28,538 nucleotides of DNA from IMG/VR virus record IMGVR_UViG_3300037419_000419, positions 1 through 28,538 of that record; one strand, written 5' to 3'. This stretch comes from a virus (lineage: Duplodnaviria; Caudoviricetes). The notes below the pieces were generated by a model, which was given only the letters and a program-made list of their open reading frames with translations, was not told the origin of the DNA and made no database searches. A program made the position numbers and the translations under genes. Below are positions 8,286 to 15,701 of the stretch, one piece after another (position 1 is the stretch's first letter; the number at the start of each line of letters is the position of its first letter).

Positions 8286-8547
8286 ATCTCGCTAACCTAT
8301 TTATATACTTCCGTTCCTGCCAAATGAACTTCGCCAACTCATCGCCTCCCACCGTCAACTCCCTACGGTCACAAAAGCGCTCGTTCTTCCGATAAATCGT
8401 AAATCGTCCGTCCGGATACTGCATAATCGTAACGGTTCCGCTATTCTTCTCGTCGGCAATCGTTATATAAAATTTAGCGCCGTCCCATTCCGCATGTAAA
8501 CAAAACGTAAACAGGAAATGCTCGACGTCAACCTTTCGCTTTATCAT
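8284..8547 (-). CDS. Hypothetical beta-rich protein, last gene of the accessory operon
   Basis: 87 aa, AAGGAGG RBS inside the ATPase 3' end, 20-nt overlap. Confidence 0.7.
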   Translation of the reverse strand: MIKRKVDVEHFLFTFCLHAEWDGAKFYITIADEKNSGTVTIMQYPDGRFTIYRKNERFCDRRELTVGGDELAKFIWQERKYINRLAR

Positions 8548-10909
8548 AGCGTTGCCTCCTTATGCGATCTTCAACTTTGCCAGGTAATTTCGTAATGAAC
8601 CGCGAATACCCATCGCGACACTTGACGTAATTCATCGCATGATACGGCTTCATATTCGCCAAGTCCTCCGCAGTGAACGGATATAATTCGTCCTTGAGCT
8701 CCTTATAGTTATCCTTATCGCAACCGGCGATTAACATATATGACGTATTGGCCGACCGCAGTTCCTTCCGCATATGCGCTAACTGATTGATATAGTGACA
8801 CGAAATAATCGGTTTGCAGATGAATTTCGCTATTTGCGACAGCTTCGACGTCATAAATTTTTCGCAATTATCCACCTGGTAAATTTCGTCAATGACGATG
8901 TTAACTTTGCGTCGTTCCTTCTTATCGCGAATCTTATCGGCGCGAATTTGAAGCGCGAGCCATATCTTCGTAATCCAGTATGTCGTCGCTATGTCGCGCT
9001 CGCCTTGCGTTGGAAACTTCGACTCCGGCATCCGGATGCAAATCACCTGATTCTTCTGCATTTCTTCGACGAGGTCGACGTTGGTGTCCATGTCGCGCTT
9101 CAGCATTAGTTCCATTTGCGTATTGCGTTTTAGCACGGAAAGCCTGTCGATGATCCCGACGATTAAATTAAGCCTGGTTCCGATAATCGTATCGTCCTTA
9201 ATTTCGTCGAGCTCCGTTAATGACGTCATATATTCCTCCATAAATTCGTACTGAGCTTTCGGAACGCGTCCGAGGTAATCATGGCGGACATTGTGGTTTT
9301 GCAATACACGGAACACGTCGCGAATGCTGCCGGTATTGATAAAGACAACGAGCGCTGCCGCTTCGAGATAACGTTCCATCTTCGGAGACAGTCGGCTCTC
9401 ATCGACGTTAATCGCATTGATGAGCGCCAGCAGGTTCGCCGTTTGACGCTTGGCATTTTCGTATTGAGCGAATGTATCCTCCGTATGGCCGACCTCGTTA
9501 TAGCCGAGCCCTTGCAATTTCGCCGGATCGCTGTTATCGATGTTTAGTACTTTATCCTTCGGAAACAATGCCGATATCTCATCGCTCAGCTCGCAGTTCT
9601 CGATAAAGTCGAAGATAATTACGCACTCGCCGTTTTCTATCGCATCAATCGAAAGGTTGCCTATTAAGTTCGATTTTCCTGCGCGAGTTGGCCCGATTAG
9701 CAACGTCAGCAAATTGCGATAATGCTCGTAGTTGCTAAGATACGCTTTCTGCTTGGCGCCCCGATACGTACTTTCACCGATACACATAACGCCGTTTTGT
9801 AAATCCTCCGGCACTTCCGTTTCTTGCGTCTCTACCTTTTCGATAAAGTTGTAGCGTTCGAGTATATCCCGCCCAGCCATTGCGATAAAGTTTTGCGCCT
9901 CCTCGTCCCCGACCTTATTAACCTCCGCACCGGCTATCGAGTAGTCCGTAAACTTGAAAGGCTTTCGGAGTGGCTTCGGAGCCAGCCGATTGTCCTCCGT
10001 GATGGTCTCGAAGGCTTGCGTCAAACTCCTCGCATTATTCCGCTGCCTTAACCGGTCCTTGCTTTCGCTCATTACGACAATCTCCGAATCTAGCACGGTC
10101 GCCGTCGCTTTCTTGCGCGTGGCATCGCTGATTTGCTTGCCTCCGTTTAACGCCTCTACGAGCCCCTCAAAGGCGTTGTATTCTCTGCCCTTACGATTAG
10201 TCTTGGCGCCTCCTAGCGCGTCTGATATGTCGTCAAACAGCGCTGAAACAACGCCTACAATCGTCTTAAATGCGTAGCCTGCGCCCATCTTATTACGGTC
10301 GGTCGGCAGGTTTCGCTTGACCTTGCGAATGGTTGCTTCGTAGGTGCTTCGCCAGGTAAACTGAGTCGTCGGCATGAAGTTATAGAATACGCCAACCTTA
10401 TCGCCTTCCTCCATGACGTCGACAACGTTTAGCTTCGAACGGAGCAGGTCGTCATTGCGCCGGTCAGTTGCAAGGCTGAGCGCATTCTCCTTCGTATAGG
10501 CGAGCGAATATTTCGTAGCCGACTCGGAAAAACTAGGCAGGTCAGCGACAACCTTCACCGTGATATTCGTCCACGAGTCGCTGATTTTTTCTTTGATGAG
10601 CGATAGGTAACTTTGCGGAATGACGAAGTAAAACTCGACTTTCTTCTTTTCGATATAGACGTAGTAGGCGACTTTGGACGCAAGCTCAACGGAGTATTTC
10701 GTTCCGAACAGAAACTCGCGACCGAGCGCCTTGATAACTTTTGCGTTTTCCTTGCGGATGTTCTGCATGAGATTTCGATAAATAGATGCGATGGATTTGG
10801 CGATTTTATGAGTGGATTGATTGCGGATTGAATTATTAGGAGTAAGGCGAAGGTAAACGTATGACGGCTTGACGACGTTGATATAGTCGGATAATTTTAT
10901 GCGTTTCAT
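8528..10909 (-). CDS. VirD4/TraD-like (HerA/FtsK superfamily) P-loop ATPase
   Basis: Walker A LIGPTRAGKS, VIIFD strand, Walker B IVIDEIYQ, ISCHYINQL (cf. LAHQxxxQL), FTAEDLANMKPYHA; long N-terminal non-ATPase region. Confidence 0.8.
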   Translation of the reverse strand: MKRIKLSDYINVVKPSYVYLRLTPNNSIRNQSTHKIAKSIASIYRNLMQNIRKENAKVIKALGREFLFGTKYSVELASKVAYYVYIEKKKVEFYFVIPQSYLSLIKEKISDSWTNITVKVVADLPSFSESATKYSLAYTKENALSLATDRRNDDLLRSKLNVVDVMEEGDKVGVFYNFMPTTQFTWRSTYEATIRKVKRNLPTDRNKMGAGYAFKTIVGVVSALFDDISDALGGAKTNRKGREYNAFEGLVEALNGGKQISDATRKKATATVLDSEIVVMSESKDRLRQRNNARSLTQAFETITEDNRLAPKPLRKPFKFTDYSIAGAEVNKVGDEEAQNFIAMAGRDILERYNFIEKVETQETEVPEDLQNGVMCIGESTYRGAKQKAYLSNYEHYRNLLTLLIGPTRAGKSNLIGNLSIDAIENGECVIIFDFIENCELSDEISALFPKDKVLNIDNSDPAKLQGLGYNEVGHTEDTFAQYENAKRQTANLLALINAINVDESRLSPKMERYLEAAALVVFINTGSIRDVFRVLQNHNVRHDYLGRVPKAQYEFMEEYMTSLTELDEIKDDTIIGTRLNLIVGIIDRLSVLKRNTQMELMLKRDMDTNVDLVEEMQKNQVICIRMPESKFPTQGERDIATTYWITKIWLALQIRADKIRDKKERRKVNIVIDEIYQVDNCEKFMTSKLSQIAKFICKPIISCHYINQLAHMRKELRSANTSYMLIAGCDKDNYKELKDELYPFTAEDLANMKPYHAMNYVKCRDGYSRFITKLPGKVEDRIRRQRYDKAKG

Positions 10910-11592
10910 TACGATGCTCCTCCGAATAAGAATTTCAGTAATATATTCGCCGTGATGAGAACGCCGGTCCAGCGCCCGCCATCTTTCCAGCCGGCAACCT
11001 TGAGGATTATCATTAGCGCCGATCCGACGAGTGTGCCCGCGAGCAGTAAGTCCTTCAAAGCGTCGAATATGCCGAACAAGATTTCAGTCGTTATATCCGC
11101 CACATGGTCCCGAATGGACTCCGTGCTGCCCCAAAATATGCGTGTTAAGGGTCCTTGCGTCGAATGGTTGTTGAATAGCGTGGTCAAAATGCCAGGCGAA
11201 ACGTGGTCGCCGCTAATACTCACTAGTTGTTCTGCGTGTGACGTCGGATCAACTACGTGGCCGCTTGCGTCCTTCATTCCGAAATGTAAATGCGGGCCGG
11301 TCGAGTTGCCGGTATTACCGCTAAGCCCTACGATATCTCCTGCGCTAACATGGTCGCCAATGTGCGCTTTGACTTCGTTCATATGTCCGTAAATCGCTCG
11401 CGTACCGTCCGGCATTTGAACCGACAGACCCTTGCCTATTGCGCCCGATCCGTCAAATACTTTGTCAACTACTCCGTCGGCTACCGACCGAAGCGTCGTT
11501 CCTTCTGGCATAGCGAGGTCGATTCCAGAGTGTGCCTGGAAATCGCGGACTGGCGAGAGCTCTCCGAATTTTCCTGTTAGTCGGAATTTCAT
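10909..11592 (-). CDS. M23 family peptidoglycan endopeptidase with C-terminal transmembrane hairpin
   Basis: HSGID (HxxxD), YGHM, SGNTGNSTGPHLHF (HxH); hydrophobic segments at the C-terminus; start set at ATG 11592 (TAATG overlap). Confidence 0.9.
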   Translation of the reverse strand: MKFRLTGKFGELSPVRDFQAHSGIDLAMPEGTTLRSVADGVVDKVFDGSGAIGKGLSVQMPDGTRAIYGHMNEVKAHIGDHVSAGDIVGLSGNTGNSTGPHLHFGMKDASGHVVDPTSHAEQLVSISGDHVSPGILTTLFNNHSTQGPLTRIFWGSTESIRDHVADITTEILFGIFDALKDLLLAGTLVGSALMIILKVAGWKDGGRWTGVLITANILLKFLFGGAS

Positions 11593-12011
11593 TACTCCCA
11601 CCCGCCTGGCGCAGTTGTTGTTGTTGCCGAGATATTATTGAATATTTCGCCAATTTTATCCATTCCATACGGTAGCCCTAGCAAAATGAGAAACGTTAGT
11701 AGCGATGTTATAAACGTCTTTTTCGCTGATGCGTTATCTCCGTCTCCTAGCGCTTTAATTATATCGATAGCTCCCTTGAAGATAATAACCCACTTTCCGA
11801 TTTTCACTAACTCTATATAAAGTTTTCGCGCCTCGGCGTCAATCGTACCGGCAGCGAGCGCAGAACTTCCGCTTAATAAAAATATTACCGTAATTCCAGC
11901 AACCTTATAAACCGTTCCGTACTTCTTAAAATGACGCTCAACTTTTGCGCTGAATGGCTCCTTTTCCCTGCCGTTCAAAAATTCGCTAATGGACAAATAT
12001 TCCGTTCTCAT
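11592..12011 (-). CDS. VirB2/TrbC-like pilin-type membrane protein
   Basis: Long leader with hydrophobic stretch ending SALA/AG, then two hydrophobic helices separated by GDGDNASAKK. Confidence 0.6.
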   Translation of the reverse strand: MRTEYLSISEFLNGREKEPFSAKVERHFKKYGTVYKVAGITVIFLLSGSSALAAGTIDAEARKLYIELVKIGKWVIIFKGAIDIIKALGDGDNASAKKTFITSLLTFLILLGLPYGMDKIGEIFNNISATTTTAPGGWE

Positions 12012-12129
12012 ATTGGTCAGCTCCCGTCAAACTATTTTTCGGTTAGTAACCGTTTGTACGTGCAATAACTTGAAACTTGGCGCATATGCTGACGTAAGAG
12101 CACGTCGGCTTCCTAGCCCCGTTCCGTGC

Positions 12130-12354
12130 TTATAATTTCATACCGTTTAATTGCGTCATGCTCAGGTTAGTAACCGCCTGGGCTGGCGCTTTTTTTATTG
12201 TTCTGACAACGTTTCCTCCTTCCATGTCGCGTTGGATAAGCCGTTTCATATACGCGCTGAAGTTCGGATATTGAGCGACGTACTCCTTCATCTGCATTTG
12301 AAACGGGTCGGCCACATTAAAACTTACGGATTTATTAACGATTTTCTTCGCCAT
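12130..12354 (-). CDS. Ribbon-helix-helix-like transcriptional regulator
   Basis: KSVSFN beta ribbon followed by two helices (NFSAYMKRLIQRD); RBS GGAGG. Confidence 0.65.
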   Translation of the reverse strand: MAKKIVNKSVSFNVADPFQMQMKEYVAQYPNFSAYMKRLIQRDMEGGNVVRTIKKAPAQAVTNLSMTQLNGMKL

Positions 12355-12368
12355 TATTAACTACCTCC

Positions 12369-12408
12369 TAACTGGTTAATAACTTCCTAACTAGTCGGTA
12401 ACTAGTTA
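12369..12408. promoter_or_regulatory. Tandem TAACT(A/G)GTTA-type operator repeats
   Basis: TAACT at 12369, 12380, 12388, 12399; perfect palindrome TAACTAGTTA at 12399-12408; between the putative -10 and RBS of the RHH gene. Confidence 0.55.
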
Positions 12409-12516
12409 ATATACTGTATGGGCGACTGGCTGTCCGTGATACCACAAATTTTGCGTCTGTATAAAAAAAGTTATTTTCGTACATGCTGTAGGTAAAAACG
12501 TATGAGGTGACGTAGC

Positions 12517-12741
12517 TTGTTCGGACTAAATAAACCGCGAAGTAAATTTGGAAAGTGGATGGATAGAAACGATATTGCGCAGAAGGAAGTCGCCGACAGA
12601 GCAAAGGTAAGTGAGATGACATTGACGAGGATGTGTAACGAACCGAGCCACAGTCCGCGGATATCTACGTGGGTGAAGGTGCAGCGTGCGTTGAAGTCGA
12701 TGGGATACGATGTGGATCGCGATAAGTTTTTCGATGTTTAG
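12517..12741 (+). CDS. XRE/Cro-type HTH regulator
   Basis: IAQKEVADRAKVSEMTLTRMC...SPRISTWVKV HTH_3 pattern; RBS GAGGTG, TTG start. Confidence 0.85.
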   Translation: MFGLNKPRSKFGKWMDRNDIAQKEVADRAKVSEMTLTRMCNEPSHSPRISTWVKVQRALKSMGYDVDRDKFFDV

Positions 12742-12750
12742 TGAACGAAG

Positions 12751-12785
12751 AAAAAGCCCCAACCGCGAAGGTCAGGGCGTTTTTT
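12751..12785. terminator. Bidirectional intrinsic terminator
   Basis: A-tract, GC stem-loop, T-tract between convergent genes. Confidence 0.7.
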
Positions 12786-13065
12786 AATATTGATTGCGCG
12801 ATAGGTAATCCGTTTTGCCGGAGTCCTCGGGCATTTTAAATTCGTACGATTTCTTTTCGACGAAGCCCGAGGCAGCGACGGACATTAGGCCGGTCGGCGT
12901 TGTAACGGCGAGTACGAAAAAGGCGTAAAGCCAGCGATGAGGGTGCGGTGATTCATAGTCAATTGCGTTTATATCGATAACCTTTAGCGAAAAAATAAGA
13001 TAAATAGCGATAATGATTCCGGTTGCAATAGCGAAATAGCCGGCCCAACGTAATGCGTTTGACAT
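12784..13065 (-). CDS. Two-TM membrane protein (moron)
   Basis: Two hydrophobic helices; RBS GGAGG; own promoter. Confidence 0.7.
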   Translation of the reverse strand: MSNALRWAGYFAIATGIIIAIYLIFSLKVIDINAIDYESPHPHRWLYAFFVLAVTTPTGLMSVAASGFVEKKSYEFKMPEDSGKTDYLSRNQY

Positions 13066-13095
13066 GCGAATCCCTCCGATTAGTAATTATTTCTA

Positions 13096-13124
13096 ATTCT
13101 ACCGCATGTTGTATATGTATGCAA
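13096..13124 (-). promoter_or_regulatory. SigA-type promoter for the membrane moron
   Basis: TTGCAT-N17-TAGAAT on minus strand. Confidence 0.6.
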
Positions 13125-13206
13125 GGGCAAGCGTTGTTATGCGCCTGCCTTCGTTAAAAATTTCGTTAAGGTCGGACTGTTTCACTATGGTACCTTCGTT
13201 GTTGTA

Positions 13207-13428
13207 TCATGATTGTTCCTGAACTAAGTGTGCTATATAGCCATCATTAGTCACTTCTACCTTATGAACCCTATATCGAAAATCTTGTAGGATTAACAAG
13301 CATCCCTCGCAGATCTCTCTTCCACTATTCGCTTCATCATCATATAAAAATTTATGATTTATAGTTCCAATCTTTTCATCATTCAAGTATAGCAATATTT
13401 CCTTATCCACTGTCACTCCTCCATTCAT
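13207..13428 (-). CDS. Small AT-rich hypothetical protein (moron); likely start GTG 13410
   Basis: GGAGGAG RBS before GTG; upstream TTGAAA-N16-TATAAT (13436-13463). Confidence 0.6.
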   Translation of the reverse strand: MNGGVTVDKEILLYLNDEKIGTINHKFLYDDEANSGREICEGCLLILQDFRYRVHKVEVTNDGYIAHLVQEQS

Positions 13429-13515
13429 AAAGATAATTATAAATTAATTTCTGTCCTTTTCAATATGGCAGAAGAAAATTAAACAGAATGCATACACATA
13501 ACTCTTACGAACTGC

Positions 13516-15456
13516 TCAAGAGTACTCTAAAGAATTAATGATATTTCTCGCTATGACTTGCATCCCAATATTATTCGGGTGTAATCCGTCTGAGGTTACA
13601 ACACTCATATCAATACCGCCGAAAACTGCGTAATTGTCAATCATGTCTATATTATTTTCTTTCGCAGTCCGAAAAACTACATCTCGACACCTTTGCATGT
13701 TAAAAGAGTATACTGATGTGCTTTCATCGACAGCGGGGTTTGCGCACATCAATATTACACTGGCTAGAGGTGTTATTTTATCCAAGGCAAGCTTTAGATT
13801 ACTCTTAAACTTATTCATTCCTTTAGGTGTATCTGTCCTTGTTATTCTGTCGTTAGTACCTAATTGAACAAACACATAATTATCTTGTAGACCAACCGCT
13901 TCCCCATCACCGAAAGTATTTCCGGCAAGATTGTAAGTCTTATAAGAATTGGTTGTTGCTCCATTAATACCTTGGTTCGTGATGCGAATCTTTTTATTAA
14001 TGATAATTCCCTCTAATCTCAAAGACCGTGTGCCGGAGGAATAACTTCCACGTTTAGTTCTAATTTCAACAGTTTTATTTCGCACATAGTTGAATGTATG
14101 TGTTCGTTGTTGGTTATTTCCTACTACTAAACCATCTACTCCCGCAGCGTTGTTGTATGTTCCGATTAAGACTCCATTAACATAAAGTTCATAATATATT
14201 TCACTTCCTGTTGATATTCCAAATGATAAAGTGAAAGAATCCCCAGTGAATGGGAATGTTACACTGTGATAACCTGTGCCGGCCAAGTTTCCGTCAGCAA
14301 GTTGTAACTGAAATCCTGTAATTGATGCACTTGTCGCTACTTCTGTTACTGACATAGAGCTGCCAACAGTTGCAAGTGAAAAATCCCCGTCTTTAGGATA
14401 AAGAACATGCTGTACAGTATACTCAGCTATTGCTTCTCCGGAAAGAGATGCAGGCCAATTAGATAATACTGGAGTAGCATTAAACGCGTAATTAGCTCCT
14501 AAATATCTTTTAAACTCATTAACATACGATGGTGAAGCAAAGTTATCTCTTGGATCAGATAACGTACCATCTCTTGGGTCAAACACTGCGTTTTCCGCTA
14601 AAGTCCGTCCCCATGTTATTGAATCGCCGACAAATACAATCCCAGTTATTTGCTCTAACGGATTTGCAAGTGATTCTTTTAATTTTGCAAGCTGACCGCC
14701 AAAAATATGACGTTTCGGTACGCCAGAGGCAAAAGTATTGAATAATACTGCAGGACGTGTGGAACCGCTCACTTTAAAAATTCCGTTAAAATAAGCATTT
14801 TTTTTAGGGACTGAATCTACAACGTAAGTTTTATTTCCTAAATCCACTACCTGACCTTTAACGCTACTTTCAAAGGAATTAAAAAACGACGTATCATTCG
14901 ATATTCCATCCGCAACTGCTCCGTATTGTTTTACACTTAAAATCATGTCAGTTTTCTTGGCGCTTTCGACCAAATCCGCCCGTGCTTCGGCATCCACACC
15001 GGTACCATTTGTCCGCAAATCGACGAGTATTGCTTCGGTATCAGCAATCGCCTGGTTAATCGACTGCCACTCGTTCGTACTCTCGACTGTCCCGTCGTCT
15101 AAAATACCTTTGACCGCTTTATACGAAAACTGGCCCGTCACCGCTACCGTATCCACACCGTAATAAACCATGACCTCAGCGTCGTACTTGCCGTCTATCA
15201 CGTAGGCTTGCGTATTTAGTACGATTTCACAACTGCCGGCCAGCGCATCCACAACGGTGAAGTCCTGTAGGACGGTAGTCTTATCCGGTTTTTTGACCGC
15301 CAAGCGAACGGTCGCTCCCGTTAAGTCAAGCGGATCACCGTCCTGATTAATAAGTAAGTTAATTTTGACCGTTTTCAAATCGTTCGTATTGACGACAAAT
15401 GCCGGATTTTTTACGTCGTCCTTCGTATCAAGTAATACGTTATATATTTTTTCCAC
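13516..15456 (-). CDS. BppU-type baseplate-anchored protein with tailspike-like neck and SGNH/GDSL esterase domain
   Basis: N-terminal BppU-like domain (NDLKTVKI...LDLTGATV...KPD); YGAVADGISNDT tailspike motif; FVGDS, NQGING, GTND, DGLHP SGNH blocks. Confidence 0.8.
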   Translation of the reverse strand: MEKIYNVLLDTKDDVKNPAFVVNTNDLKTVKINLLINQDGDPLDLTGATVRLAVKKPDKTTVLQDFTVVDALAGSCEIVLNTQAYVIDGKYDAEVMVYYGVDTVAVTGQFSYKAVKGILDDGTVESTNEWQSINQAIADTEAILVDLRTNGTGVDAEARADLVESAKKTDMILSVKQYGAVADGISNDTSFFNSFESSVKGQVVDLGNKTYVVDSVPKKNAYFNGIFKVSGSTRPAVLFNTFASGVPKRHIFGGQLAKLKESLANPLEQITGIVFVGDSITWGRTLAENAVFDPRDGTLSDPRDNFASPSYVNEFKRYLGANYAFNATPVLSNWPASLSGEAIAEYTVQHVLYPKDGDFSLATVGSSMSVTEVATSASITGFQLQLADGNLAGTGYHSVTFPFTGDSFTLSFGISTGSEIYYELYVNGVLIGTYNNAAGVDGLVVGNNQQRTHTFNYVRNKTVEIRTKRGSYSSGTRSLRLEGIIINKKIRITNQGINGATTNSYKTYNLAGNTFGDGEAVGLQDNYVFVQLGTNDRITRTDTPKGMNKFKSNLKLALDKITPLASVILMCANPAVDESTSVYSFNMQRCRDVVFRTAKENNIDMIDNYAVFGGIDMSVVTSDGLHPNNIGMQVIARNIINSLEYS

Positions 15457-15467
15457 GTTATCACCTC

Positions 15468-15494
15468 AAAAGAGAGCCCGCGAAGGAGCCCTCT
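15468..15494 (-). terminator. Intrinsic terminator after the holin
   Basis: Minus strand AGAGGGCTC-CTTC-GCGGGCTCTCTTTT. Confidence 0.65.
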
Positions 15495-15512
15495 GAATTT
15501 ATATCCGTCCGC

Positions 15513-15701
15513 CTATTCGTCTTTAAATCCGGTACCGCTCGTCGGGTTATTTATCACGCCCGCCAACACAAGCACCGTCAATACTGCGTTAACCACTTCG
15601 TTATATTTGTCCTCGGCGATAGTGAGCCCGAATGCCTGCGCGACAATTAAGCCGAGCGACGCCACCGCAAGCCATAGTCCGTAATTCTTAAACCGTTTCA
15701 T
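15513..15701 (-). CDS. Holin
   Basis: RFKNYGLWLAVASL...LAGVINNP pattern, two TMs, coupled to the endolysin stop. Confidence 0.85.
   Translation of the reverse strand: MKRFKNYGLWLAVASLGLIVAQAFGLTIAEDKYNEVVNAVLTVLVLAGVINNPTSGTGFKDE

Noticed and set aside
8528-10909. ATPase as terminase, VirB4 or a HerA defence-system partner
   Set aside because: No terminase nuclease domain and wrong genomic position; motif order fits coupling-protein-like ATPases better; no adjacent SIR2, nuclease or NurA gene. Not fully excluded without a profile search.
12130-12741. RHH plus HTH as a toxin-antitoxin pair, or an arbitrium-type signalling locus
   Set aside because: The genes are divergent and both look like DNA-binding proteins; no toxin fold, TPR receptor or secreted peptide gene is evident.
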